A stretch of 64,000 nucleotides of DNA from the NCBI GenBank assembly GCA_030704615.1, contig CM060731.1, forward strand, positions 15,810,001-15,874,000. The letters run 5' to 3'. A model generated the notes under the pieces. The model did not search any database and had not been told where the DNA came from. It saw nothing but the letters and a program-made list of their open reading frames with translations. Origin of the DNA: Takakia lepidozioides. Its lineage: Eukaryota; Plantae; Bryophyta. The position numbers were made by a program, and so were the translations under genes. Below, one piece after another: positions 24,172 through 36,927 of this stretch (the stretch's first letter is position 1; each line of letters opens with the position of its first letter).

Positions 24172-24981
24172 CAGTGTTGGGCGGTTCTTGCATTTGTGAA
24201 GGAACCTTCGGTTCCGGTTCCACAATTATTTCAAGAGACGGTTCCGGATTCCGGTTCCGGTTTTTTTTTATTGAGCCGGTTCCGGTCCAGTTCCGGATCC
24301 AACTTTTAAACATGGGGGCGGTTCCGGTTACCGGTTAGTTGCTCATAAAAACCATCAGTTCCGGTTAGGTTCCGGTTCTATTTTAAAAATATATTTGTTT
24401 AATTTAATTAGATTTAAAATATTTTATCAGTCCGGTAGATTAAATAGCAGTGTATTCACATATTTAAAATCCAACTATTTTGTTAGTTTTCACTAACACA
24501 AAAAAACAAACAAAAATACTCTAAATAAACTGGTAGAAGAAAATGGGTAAAATTTTATGGGTTGAAAGTACTATTCAGCTACCTGGCAAGTATTGGCATC
24601 TTCAAACATTTTATTAATGAACTTAGCCAGGATATCATGGAGCTGGAGATTGAACCCAAGATCTCATGGCGCTCAAGCATTGAACATAGAATCTCATGGC
24701 CTTCAAGCATTGAACCCAGGATCTCATGAGCTTGAGAGCATTAAATAAGTTTTTCCCTGGCCCACCAGCCCCCACCAAGGGGTCAAGAACATGAACCTGT
24801 TTTTATCCCCCAGCGCCCGGTTCTCCGGTTCTCACACCCAGCAGGAACCGCCGGTTCGGTTCTGCGCCGACCCCCATTGGCAGGTTCTGGTTCCGGGTCA
24901 GGTTCTGTAGGAATGGGTCTGGTTCCGGTTAACCTGAACCAGCGGTTAACGTGGGTCCCGGCGGGTAACAGCCCAACACTG
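24172..24981. mobile_element. hAT-type MITE, 810 bp
   Basis: TIR CAGTGTTGGGC(G/T)GTT (14/15 match), exact 8-bp TSD GTTATGTC (24164-24171 and 24982-24989), and many subterminal CCGGTT repeats. Confidence 0.9.
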
Positions 24982-25003
24982 GTTATGTCAGACTCTAACA
25001 TAC

Positions 25004-25084
25004 AAGAAGAAGAAGGCTCTAGCCAAAAGCTGGTGTAACTAAGCCTTGCGGCTGCTGCCCTCCTTTCTTGGGTGGGCCCTATAT
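25004..25084 (-). mobile_element. Diverged family-2 short retroposed element
   Basis: ...CAGCCGCAAGGCTTAGTTACACCAGCTTTTGGCTAGAGCC(TTC)n with a partial TSD TCTAACA. Confidence 0.6.
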
Positions 25085-25778
25085 TCTAACAAGCGACTTA
25101 CCACATGGGTTGTGTCTGAACATACGATTCTTAACACATCAGTTGTCCGTTGTCCGCCGACTCTAACATATGACTCTTAACATATGAGTTGTAGACCTTT
25201 CTCACTGCGTGCATTGGGAATATTTTTTTCCCATTTCATTTATTAGCCATTTAATATTTAACATCATATATACATATATATATATATGGAGAAAGGGCAT
25301 ATCAACAGACAAATGACACAGTTGCCAGACTCACCCTCAGAATAGGTGCAAAAAACTGCTGTAGAAAAGGTGGCCAAATTCACAAGCCCTATTTAGCATG
25401 TTCTACCTTCTCTGACTAGCCTTCAATACTGTTGCTGGTCTTACAGGCACGTTAGAAGGTACACAGACTTGAAAACAACAGAAACACACGCTGCCCAGGG
25501 AAAGAATCCCTACTAGCCTATCTCCTCACCGGCACAAAATAGAGTAGTTATCCAGCATTTGTTAACCTGTTCCAAGTGCTTCAGTCACAAAGGGATTCTC
25601 CCTAAGCCCAACCCTGTCAGACCTCTTCTCTCTCCGCATTTCCAGCCATGTACAACCATTGGAATTTGAAGGAGGTCAGGAGGTGCAAAAGGAGGTGCAA
25701 ATGCGTGTTTACGACAGAGGTTGCAACGTTAAGACATGCATGTTAGGCTCTCTCTTTCTCTCTCTCCCTTAAAGCGGC

Positions 25779-26137
25779 CTGAAGACAATATCCATTTTCT
25801 GATACATTGTCAGGACATTCTCACCAGAGAGCGACCCTTTTCAGGATTGTCAAGAGCACTACTGCACCTCTGTTCACTAACATTGAAAATCTCCAGCTCA
25901 GCCCTGGCCCTGTTGGGGTCTAATTGCCAGGTAGCTCACACACAGCAGATTGAAGGCTTTGGGTTTCAGTCTCCATGCTTGAGTTTGTTCTCTGAAGTGT
26001 GAAGGGATTTGTAGAGGATATTTGGAAAGCCAAGGTAAGTCCTCACAAAGTCGTGTTGGTTCCCTTTCAAACTGGGTGTGGGGCCTATGGCCACAAGGCT
26101 ACGGCAAACTGCGTCTTATGAGTGCGTTCTCTCTCTC
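25779..26137 (+). mobile_element. Family-1 LINE 3' fragment
   Basis: Reverse complement of 2745-3122, encoding EDNIHFLIHC. Ends TTATGAGTGCGTTCTCTCTCTC. A CT tract also lies just upstream. Confidence 0.75.
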
Positions 26138-26497
26138 AAACCATATTTACACGAGCCTCCATCCCTGTGTATCTAAACCTGTAGTCTCTCCCCTTTCTTT
26201 CTCTAGGAAAGAGACCAATGGAATCTTAATGCAAGTAGCTTCCTTGAGTTGCATGCATTTCCCAAAGATCTTGATTCCAAACCAAGCATCCAAAGTAATG
26301 CAGCATGCAAGATAAACATTCTTATCTTATCTCCTCAACTAGCACAGCAGCTAGAAAAAATCATATTTACACAATATATCCTCATGTGGAGACATTGATG
26401 CAGAGTATTCTGGAAGGTTCCTATACAACCTCCAACCATATGCAGAACTGTGTCCGGCTATCAAGGGCAGCATTTGCTGCAATAAATACTGTTTCAC

Positions 26498-27317
26498 TCA
26501 TCCCATTTGCCACTGCATGTCATACACATCTCTATGTTAGTTCCAGTTCAGGGGAAACAAAGGTTGAACCAAGCGAGACTGGCAAAAGCAGGTACTCATC
26601 CCCCGTACTCCTCCCCCGAAGATGCCTACCAGCCAATCTATCCTGATTTCCTTTGAACGGATCAAAATACAATATACATTGATAGATCAGATTGGCTGGA
26701 GTGAAAGAATAATCAAGCCACACCTTGAGAGTGGGTTCTCCTCTACTTGGAGGAGGGGCGGGCTTTGCCGCTGCAGCTGCTACAACCCGGGCGGCCCTTC
26801 CTGTAGCTGACTTGTCAAACGCTTCCGCTCTGCACCCCGAAATCAGTGTATGATCATATCAGCGCACATGCAGAGGCAAATGAACATAATCCAACTACAA
26901 CGACCTCACTTTCTTAGCTCACAAATGCCATGCTCTCATTCATTGAAATGAAATTCCCAGTCCCCTGCTGCCATCGTCATTGGGGTGGTAAGCGACAGTG
27001 GGGAAGAGCATAACCCCATCTTTACGCGTGCAAGAGTGCACCCATAATTAAGTTCTCGATTGCGAGAATGATTTATGAAGTGTGCAGAAGCTCTTCTATT
27101 CATGAACTCCTGCTGAATGGGAGCCGTGTACGTACCATCAAATACAGAAATCCAGGTCACAACCGCAAAGATTTCACACGGAGACACAAAGACAAAGAGA
27201 AACGTACCGCTGTTGGGCTGCAAGCCCTGCCTTAGCCTGCGCTTCTGTCATGCGGGCACGCTCTTGCTCCGACAGATTTTCATTCCGTCCAAAGCACGAC
27301 GCACACAGGGCTCCCAT
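26498..27317 (-). CDS. Small conserved plant protein, SVIP (small VCP/p97-interacting protein)-like, 76 aa, 3 exons
   Basis: Exons 27317-27208, 26829-26724 and 26512-26498 give MGALCASCFGRNENLSEQERARMTEAQAKAGLAAQQRAEAFDKSATGRAARVVAAAAAKPAPPPSRGEPTLKWQMG*. Splice sites are canonical, the N-terminus has an MG + Cys acylation signal, and the GEPxLKWQMG ending is recognisable. Not in the ORF track. Confidence 0.88.
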
Positions 27318-28346
27318 GCTAGCCTCCACATCTGTTCTTCACGCTCCTGGCTGCTGCACCTACAATCCCATCTACTTACCGCATCATCTCAACACCTCCG
27401 AGCTCCATTCTCCTCAGAGAGTGACGATCTACCCAAAACCCTAAGTGGGCCATGGATGCTCCCCTTCCCTCTCTGGATGAACGACGTTCGTTGAGTGTTT
27501 GGATGGTACGAGGGAACTGCAACTAACGGAGCCTTGTCGCCACTGCCGGATGCACGCCTCGCTGCCCATCTCAAGTTAGGCCTACTCGGCTGAAATCGTC
27601 GTGAATCCTTGTCTCCTCTATCTCTCTCTCTGCCTGGGTGCTGAATTCTGGGTTTTTTTCTCTGTTGGGATGGAGCTGCATGGTGATGGACGTTGGAGCT
27701 AGAGAGAAGCGATTGCAGCTGAGACGAGCTGTCTGTGTTCCTGGATCCCAAAAGAGCCTGCACGGGCTGAACATCCTGAGATTGTGGATTTGAGTACCAC
27801 TTGGAGCGGGCGAGATGCTGCTCGGTTTCCTTGGACGCTCGCCTCAAAGTATGCTCGTCTTTAAGGCCACAGAATATCGTATTGGAGTCTTGTGCGGATG
27901 CCAATCTCGAGGACGGATTGCTAGGTTGCCTTCGTATTTTGGGTTGGGCTGAAGAGAGTTTAAGGGGGAGACGACCGGTGTGAGCATTTCAACTAGTCAT
28001 CGCATGGGCAGAGCATTACTGGTTGGCCCCAGGAAAGAATTTTCGGCAATGACCTTGGATTTGTCTCTGATGTATTTGTTGGGTAAGAAGTTCGAATGGT
28101 GTCTCTCTGGTGTGAGTAGGTGTGGGGGAGCAGTGTGAGCGGAAGCAATGAGCGAGACGGTAGAGCAGACAAAGGGGGCGCTAGAACAGGTTCCGTGCTC
28201 GGACTCCCCTGCATCGCCTGTCTCCGATGCCTCAGATCTTCAAGCATCTAGTTTTACGAGTATGTTGGGCTGCGAACTCCCCCAGGACCAGGTACAGTCT
28301 GTCATTTACGATACTTGACACAGAAATCTCTAACGAGATTTTTTGC

Positions 28347-30979
28347 ATGGAGGATAGTCTGGAATTTATACACTTTTTGCAGGTTTGCATTTCTGAGTTT
28401 TCATGGGAAGGTTTGTTAATCCCAGGTTGTGGTTGATTCTAGAGAAGTGGGGGAAGGGGGGCTGGGGGTGATCCAGTTTATCAGATATACTGCTCTACAA
28501 TGTGCGTTAGCAGTACATGGTTTTAAGCAGTAAGGAGGGCTGTATGCAGGTTGTGGCAGCTCTAGGGCCTTGTCTAACCGCAGCTGAAAGCAGAGTGTCC
28601 AAAACAATTCAGCAAACAGTGGAGTCCATCGAGTCAAGAGTCCTTGGTGCTTTGAATCAGGCGGTTACCGATATAATCGATCACTTGGGGAAGGAGGCAG
28701 CAGCTCGGGTTGTAATGGCAGAGTGCAAGGCAGCATTAGTAGAGCAGGAGCATATTCACACCAAACAGCAGGCTCTTGCCATGATGCTTCGGCTAAAACA
28801 CACTTCTGACAACCTGGTATGCTGTATATCCTGGCTCTGTTTTTCAACTCTGTCCTCCTGCCTGCACACAAAGTCAAGCATATTGTTACGAACTGTTTGG
28901 GCAAGAGATGGAATTGGCCTGAGATGATTTCGCCCATTCAGTGCATTGACCATTTGTCTCCTTGGGACAAGCAAACTGCAGCAAAGGGATTGGGTGTTGT
29001 CATCTACTACTTCCTTCAGCTTGACTAGACAATGATGTCAAAAGGTGATATCTGCTTGAATTGCTGGAGGATACCGTGTAACGCAATATCCATGGTCTCA
29101 TTGCTTAATCTGGCAAACTCGTGGGATTAGCGGATATTCTAGCATGATAAACCTGAGAAATGAGCAACTGTGGTGTGGTCTGATTGACTGTGCTAGCAGA
29201 TAATGGAGACAGAAAGAAAATTACTACTGGAGAGAAGGCGTGCGCAAGATGCGGAGGCAAAGCTTCTGACCATGCAAGAGACTGCAAAGCGGCTTAGATT
29301 AGAGCTGAAAAGAAAAGGGGAGATGTTGGAGGAGATGCAAAGGCATGCACATGCAGTGGGTGGAGCATTGGGCAGGTCAGGTTCGGCTAGTCTGAATGAA
29401 GGGCTTGATAAAAGGAGGAAAGGGATCAGCCGAATCAGACAATCTGAGGCAAAACCATGTCGTGTAGAAGAAAGCCTTGGTGAGGAGGACTTGGATGACA
29501 GTGCTGCTGTGCACTGCATTCCTGTGGCGTCACCTTCCACAACTGATCTCCCGTCTCCACCATCTGCCCCTACCACCATCTGTCCCTCCTTCACAAGTCT
29601 GCTGTCAGAAGAACATGCTCAAGTTTCTCCCGTGTCTCACAAACAAGCGGCCCAAGCACTAAGCCGCATTAACGCACACGAAGGAGTTTCCTTCATGTCA
29701 CTTGGCTGCCAGGAAGGGCCAGATGCATTGCTTGATAGTTTTGCTGAGCTCAGAAGAGAGTCAGATATTAGTGGCACTTGTGGAGGTACTGTAGAGTTTC
29801 AACACATTTTGGAAGCATATGATCCTGATGAGAGCGGTGCGCATGGACAAGAGTCATATGGCAGAGGTGATATTGTTCCTGGCGGGCAGGATTTAAATTG
29901 CATTGATGATGGAGCTGCAGCTCTAGTTACCCTCCGATCTTCAGCATCTATCTCTCTGTCGCATCATTCACCTAGCTGCCAAACACGGAAAGGTATGCAA
30001 TTCCAAGTTCAAGATGCAGAATATTAGAACTCTGAGATATGGGGCAAAGAAAGTGTGACAAAGTATCAGAAGTTCATTCCAGTGTAGAAGACAGGCATCA
30101 AAGGCCCTTCTCTCAGTGTTTTAGTGAAGAGGTCAGTGCGGAGTGGTGTCTGGGGTCTGCATTAGCGAGAGACTGGCACAGTCAGGTCTAGAAAGCAAAT
30201 TGTGTTGTGACACTCAAACTGGATTAATGTGATGTGATCTGAAAGCGCTTGAAATGGAAACTTGAAATCAACAGAGACAGTTCCAAGACTGAAGTTGGAG
30301 GAAGAACAACATCCGGGTCACGGATTGATGGCTGGTAATGGGAAAGAGGAAAGCAGATTCACACATGGTGAGCCAGGAGGTGCCAGGCTTTCAATGTCCA
30401 GTCAAAGCATTCGCCACACTTGTAAAGAGGCAACTTCACAACATGTGGCAGGAACCAGCGAGCCTGTATCAGGAGACACATTGTTGGGAAGTGTTGATGA
30501 CCAAACAATGCAGTCCAGACATAGCTCTGCAGGATCAAAGAGGAAGCGAAGGCAGGGGCTGACACCTGAAAAGCATAGTGGATCAGCATCCAAAGAAAAG
30601 GAAACAAAACTTTCTGCCGACAGCGTTTGTGTAGGAGGCTTTGAAAGTTGTGGGTCACCGGGACAAAAAGCAGGGGTGCATGCCGATGCGCAAGACGGCT
30701 CTAGCATTCTGGTTGTGGAATCATCTCGTGACAGCAGACGACTTATGCAGGGTGCCCGTCAGGTCTTTTCAGAAGTCTTTGAATTCACATATATTAGTAT
30801 ATACTAGAACCCTGGTGGTTTTAAGTTGCATCTTGCATTTGGGATGATTTTCACTCAGCTGCAGATTCAAGTTAGTAGTACGGTTGTGGTTAGTATGTTG
30901 TCTCGTGCTGGATGGAAAGACTTTTGCTGACCTCAGCTACATGATCTGTTGTGTGCAGTTATTGTCGTTGAGGAAGTGA
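28347..30979 (+). CDS. Conserved uncharacterised plant coiled-coil protein, 5 exons, about 534 aa
   Basis: Exons 28347-28382, 28550-28816, 29200-29992, 30275-30762 and 30959-30979 join in frame. Conserved blocks KEAAARVV...KQQALAMMLRLK and ESSRDSRRLMQGARQLLSL resemble the Arabidopsis At1g19010/At1g74860 family (from memory). Confidence 0.8.
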
Positions 30980-33026
30980 ATGCTGGGGTTGGAGCTGCCC
31001 TTTATTGTGCCTATATGGAGCGAGTTGAAAGACTTTGATAGGTCTTGGTAATGTGCAGAGGCATACCTGTCCTTCAATGAGACTGCAAGCCTCAATGGAC
31101 TGTCGATGGAAACCTGGGCGAGGTTTTGTTGCTCTCTGTTTGAACCGATGCAGATGATTACTTTCTATGGCAGTAAGAGCTGCTTCAGAGTGCCTGTAAT
31201 CCAGGCCTGCACTGCTATCCATCAATCCTGGGTCATAGGTTTGAATCCTGCTATGGAGTGAGAAGTTGGAGTCACATTCTATTAGCACTCCAAGCACTTA
31301 CTAGATTATCCAATTTATCCACAAGGAGCTCACCCTCTGTTGATTGTGTAAGTTACAGATGGCTGCTACTGCCTTTACACTTCATTTATGATTGCAAGCT
31401 TGAGGATTAGGAGTCTCCAGTTAGCTGGAATAAACCTCATGTTTTCTAATATCATGACAATGCCCATAAAACAGCTTAAGCCTTTGAAAACAGCATCGAT
31501 TGGTGTACTTCCATGTATAGATTTTTGCTGTTTAGGGATGATTTGATGTGACTTCACTGGAAGGGAGGTCTTGCACGGTTAGGTGAACAGAAGTGGGTAC
31601 TGCAGCTGTATGCCTGGTTGGCAGTATCAAAACCATCACAGCTGTATTCAAGGATGCATATGTTGGATAACCTGCAAAATGGAGATCAACGATCAGATTT
31701 GTATGGCATCAGAGATGCATAATTTGGCTTTTGTCCCAGGATTAACAGTGACATGGTCACTCCGTGTTGGACAGGCTAACTTTCTTTGGAAGATAATGTT
31801 GACAAGGACCACTATAGTTAGCACATATTGAGGTATCGGAGCAGTTTAGGCAATTTCCAGGTTTCTAATGTCTTTCTCATGTAAAGCGGGGGTGAATTGC
31901 CACTATTAGGTTGCAAATTGAATGTAAGATCAAGTCATTGCGAATTGACTTTACAAGTCAACCAACTTCTACTGTAACTGAAAATCCTGTTGACCTTGTG
32001 AATGTCTGAGCCGCATGCCTGACCAGGACAGTTGTTCGAAATTTAAACCAAATCGATTCGACTTCAGCTACTGATGTTCCAATCACCTCAACATCTCCAG
32101 AGATCTTTACTGTGATCTGTACACTAGCTTGTTTGACCTGGTTCATACACAGGTTGAGATACTACAATAAGAATTGAGATATGACTTTGAGCATACACAT
32201 GTTGGATTTAATTTCAATCACCCCACATGGGCTGTAGCAACAAAATGAGAGATGGCGCACATGGAACGCCTTAAATTATGCTGGTACACAATGCTGTATC
32301 TGGCTCATGGTTATCATTTCTGCTATGCACAGCACACACTTTCCTAAGCTGTCAGTAGCGGGAGGAACATGTCTTCTAGTGTAATCAGGATATTTTACTG
32401 CAACACAGCCAAGAAACCCCCATAATCACTACCCTTGCCTGATGGCAGACTTTCCCTGGCCCTTGACTGCTCCCTTAACAGTTGCCAAGTGAGCGTGGCG
32501 CTGTGAGTGCCTTCTCTCCTCAAGGGGTTCTCCTGCTTCTGCAAGGCAACATCATTATCAGACACTCGGATTCGCTAGCCGCCCACCGATGCAAATACAA
32601 ATTTGTGTGAAGAAATCACAAGCTAATATGCTAGAGAGCCATTCTTCTAGATCTTCTCCCTGAAATGATTGTTCCCTAGAAAGGTGAGAAGACAGACCAA
32701 CATCCTATTTCACTACTGGACCAGAGACTAAGAGACTAACAGACTGAGACCTGAGACTAAGCTTGCATTCGCAGGCTAGGTCAACAGAAGGTTATTGAGG
32801 AAGGAAAAACACGACATACTTCCATGTCTTGACTTTGAGCTACCTTCCAAACCTTTGGAAAAGGCATTCATGGTGACCAAAACTACAAGATTCAGGGCAC
32901 TAAAATATCCTTCAGGTGCAATCAAGATGCCAAAACAGGAAAAACCAAATTGACAATAAAAAGGCCCTCTTGACGTTCAAATGTCCCAGTGACAATCAGT
33001 TCTTGTTAATTGGACTACAACATCTT

Positions 33027-36000
33027 CTATCTTCCAATCAAATTTCCAATTTCTGGAGATTTTTCCCTGCAGAGGACAAAGTACTCGCCTTCTTACCGGA
33101 GAAAAATACAAACATTCCCATCTCCATCAAACAGTAAAGAGAATGACCCAGCTATTGCGGACAGTTGGTTGCTTACATGGCCATAAAGATGACTCACCTT
33201 CCAGGAAGCGGCTGAGAAGAACTATTTACAGTCCCCTTTGCCATGCTGAGTCGTCTTGCCCTGTGTTCATGCTCCTTCTCCACTCGCATGCCAGCAACCT
33301 CCTTCTCCATGGCTACTACTTCTCTACGCATTTTCTTTGCCTCAACTTCCATTGCTTTGGTCAACGTATCCACCTTCTTTGAGAGCATCTGAGAAGAGAA
33401 CAAAGTTAACTCAGGAAAGAACAGACCAAAAGACATGTCGAAGTAAATGGGTGAAATTGACAGTTGAAAGCTGTTGAATGGCAGGGTCAACAGGCTGCAA
33501 AGGAAGCTCCAAGCCAAAAGCAAGCTCACAGAATAAATGAAACACACCTCAATTGCATCATCCTTGTCCTTGAGGCTTTGATCCTTCTCATGGCTCCACT
33601 TCCTAAGAGAAATGACTTCTTTCTGCAACATATCATACAGCGCGCCTGAAACGACATCATCAACCAAATCTGGGGCTTCAACATTTCTATCCATCTTCTC
33701 CTTTGAAGGATCAACCGTCTCCAAGTTTTTGTTTACTGTGGCAGAGCCGTTCCTGGTTGACCAATGATCCTGGACTCCATTTGTATAAGCCTTGACCCTG
33801 TTCGTGCTGTCAGCGTCTAAAGATCTACCACCATCAAAGGACTTGGATGTCATCCTTCCATTTCTTAGGAGGGTGCTGCTAGCCACTGAACCCCTTAGCT
33901 GAGACATGGAGGAGCGTTGGCGTCTGGAGCCATTTGCAAGTAATTTTGATGCTTCCTCAGATCCAGTTGATGGACGTCTAGATGAACCATTCATCCCACT
34001 TCGCAATCCTTCCTCTGCACCGCTTGTCGAATGCCGCCGCATTGTGCCATTGCTGGATGCCCTTAACCCTTCCTCTAGGACCTTCAGGCGCAATTGGAGT
34101 TTCTCCTGCATATCATTAAGTCATTCAGCTAAGCAGCTCCTCTGACCTTCAGGATGATCATGCATACAAAGCCAAGAAAATGAATACTCACCTTGAGTTG
34201 TGACTCAGACTTAGCTGTCCTCTCAGTAATCGCCAATTTGTCACGAAGTTGCTGCATCTCGCCCTACACTCACAAAGTCGCACTTTAGCAAGGTTTGATA
34301 CTTGAAGTTGTCAGTTCCGGAGTATACTTGTACACATGTAGTTGGCAAAGGGAGTGGAGGAATTAGTTACCTGCATGAACCGTCTTTCTTCCAGCCATTG
34401 CTTCACTGGCATAACCTTATCATTTGCATCCTTCCATTCATTTGCCACCACAGCTGCTACTCTGTTAGCACTGATCTTAGAACGTGCAAGCTCACGCTCA
34501 AGTGTTTTCTTCCCTTCCTGCAAATGAAATACGTCAGTCACAAACAAGAGGGGTTTGGTGAAGCACCCATGTTAGAGAGGTAGCATGATTATCCTTGACT
34601 CTGTTGACTTGAGTCCTTTGTTACCCAAAACTAAAGCTTAAAAACACTACAATGTTACAGCTCCATGTTGAACTTGATGTGCAGTCTTACCATCAGTTCT
34701 TGAACTTGCCGCTGGTAGTCTCGTGCAGCATTTACAGCAGCACCACCAGCAAGCACTGCTTCTTCCAGTTCAGCAACTGTGGTGCTCAACTTCTCCACTT
34801 CAGCGACCTTTTGACGGTGCATTTTGTCCATACATTTGTTCTCTTCCTGTCGTAAAAAAGTTTATCAAAGCTGGTAAACACTCACCCCACAAAACAAATG
34901 TGCAAATATAAGGATGGAAAACCATGTCAAACAGCAGTGCCACTATCAAGACAAAGAAATAAGGGACACCAACCTGGCAAAATTCTATTTGTTTCAGTAG
35001 CTCTTGATTGCGATTCAGCAAGTCATCCACCATAGAAGCCTTCGCCTCGGCAACTTGCACTGTCCTCTCTGCTTCGAGTAGTGCAGCCTCCTTTGATTTG
35101 GTCAGACGATCCAGAGCCCTATTGTCCTCTAGCAACCTTGCAATCTGCATGAAGATACAGGTTGGAAACCAGAAAGCAGTGTAAAATCAATCAACTATGT
35201 ACAAACACACTTGAATCAAATATAATCAGATGCAAATATTTTCTCAAATCCACCGACTCTATACCACTCCAGCCACTTTATTAATAGAAACAATCACCAG
35301 GCTTTCTATTGCGTAACATGCAGCCAGTTTTAAACTCTGCCGGGAACAAGTTTCCAGTTTGACGGGCCTACTCAAAAGAAACCAAGCCAAGAAACACATA
35401 CTTCTTGACGTGAGAGCTTGATCTCGGATTGGAAAGGGGCAAGAATGGCCTCAAGTGGAGGCAGCTCTTCATCCTTCTGGGCAGCATGCACCCTTCGCAA
35501 AGTAGCCTCTGCTGCAAACTGTCCAGCTAGTGCTGCTTTCTTCTCGTCATTAATTCTCTTGACATCAAGGTTCTGTTCACACAATCAGCAGCTTAGGTCA
35601 GTTGCCAACAACCCTTATCCATTACTGCTGGAAACTTGAAGCCAGAATATGCATGCTGGGCCTTGACAACCACACCATTGCAATCAAATACTAGCAACCT
35701 CCTGAATGGCCTGCATAGTGAAATGGGCAGAGTGAAAAACCTTGTTCTGCAGGGTAATCTCGGCGGCCTTAAGTTTCTCATCAACCTTGTCCAGCTCCTC
35801 AGAAAGCTGAAAAAGATCCAACAAATATGGGAGTGAATTGGTAACCTCCTGTGATAAAGAGATCATCACCAGTTACAAAAGCACATTGCCCGTTCTGGAA
35901 AACGTTAGCAACTAACTTTTTTCTCAGAGTACAGTGCTCCATGCCAGGTCCAAATTCACAACAGAAGAGATACTGGAATGAGCCTTACCACTTCAACAGC

Positions 36001-36927
36001 TTTTTCTTTAAGGCGCTCAGACAGCTTTAGAGCTTTTATTTCAGCCTGGGCTTCCGCCAATTCCCGATCTTTATCTAAAAGCATCAAATGAAGCGAAGCA
36101 TTAGAACTTCAACACTTCAAGACAGAGCACTCCTGCAACAAGATTTGTAGGGAAGAATGTTTCGGATTCACAAAGCAAGAGCTGCAGTTAAAGGTTGTGG
36201 CAAGCTGGAGATTCTGCTTATTGGCATTGTATTCCCAGCATGTCGATTGCAAACAGGAAAAAACACACCCAGCGTTTGACGTATGGCCCACATTATGGCC
36301 CAGATCTACTCTAACACGTCGTAAATGGTCAACACTCCAGAAAACATGCTTCTTTTCGAAGGTGTAGAGTGATTCCCCATACTCTAAGAATATTACCAGA
36401 TACTCGAGCCAGGTTTGGATTTGCAGTTGTTTGGTAATGTGTAAGCATTCAAGACCTAAGGAAAATATGGCACTGGTGTGGAGACCAGATATACAATTAA
36501 ATGGTTCATCTGCTTACTCCGAGTCCCCGTCCAGACGCCAGCTTCAAGGGAACATACCAATGGAATATCAAGCTATAAGCGGTTCGTAGTCCTTGCTTTC
36601 CTAAAGCTGAAGCCAGCAACAAAAGTGCATTTGTAACAGTCTGAAACACTCATAGTTGCAACATCCCTCTGTGTCGTATGGCTTACCCCTGACTTCATTC
36701 TCAAGGCGGTTCAGCTCCACCTTGACCGGATCGGAACCATGCAATAGGTTCAAGAGGTCTTCAGTTTCCAGACCAGGACGCAACGAGTTCTTCCGCTTAG
36801 GTTTCGACTCCGACTTGGACATGCCTGGCGACAAAAGCGCGCCAAAGTCGAGTGACTGCTTGCCATTGCTGCACGGTCCATCCAGAAAGTGATCATCTTC
36901 CTCAACACTACTCAATGACTCCGCCAT
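33027..36927 (-). CDS. MAP70: Microtubule-associated protein 70
   Basis: Exons 36927-36687, 36074-35989, 35806-35741, 35572-35402, 35144-34974, 34846-34691, 34517-34371, 34263-34192, 34105-33548, 33388-33198. Motifs LLHGSDPVKVELNRLENEVRDKDREL, QFAAEATLRRVHAAQKD, ANEWKDANDKVMPVKQWLEERR, LYDMLQKEV. The last exon is ambiguous (33066-33027 or 32538-32520). Confidence 0.95.

Larger units (their letters stand above)
24090..25195. repeat. 38-bp minisatellite interrupted by two insertions
   Basis: Unit approximates GGGTTGTGTCCGACTCTAACATATGACTCTTAACACAT. Copies at 24090-24171, 24982-25003 and 25085-25195. Confidence 0.8.

Noticed and set aside
24090-25195. 38-bp repeats as a CRISPR array
   Set aside because: Units are head-to-tail with no unique spacers, and the interruptions are TEs with TSDs.
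27389-27904. 171-aa minus-strand ORF
   Set aside because: Non-ATG start, lies in the promoter/UTR zone between two genes, and has no motifs.
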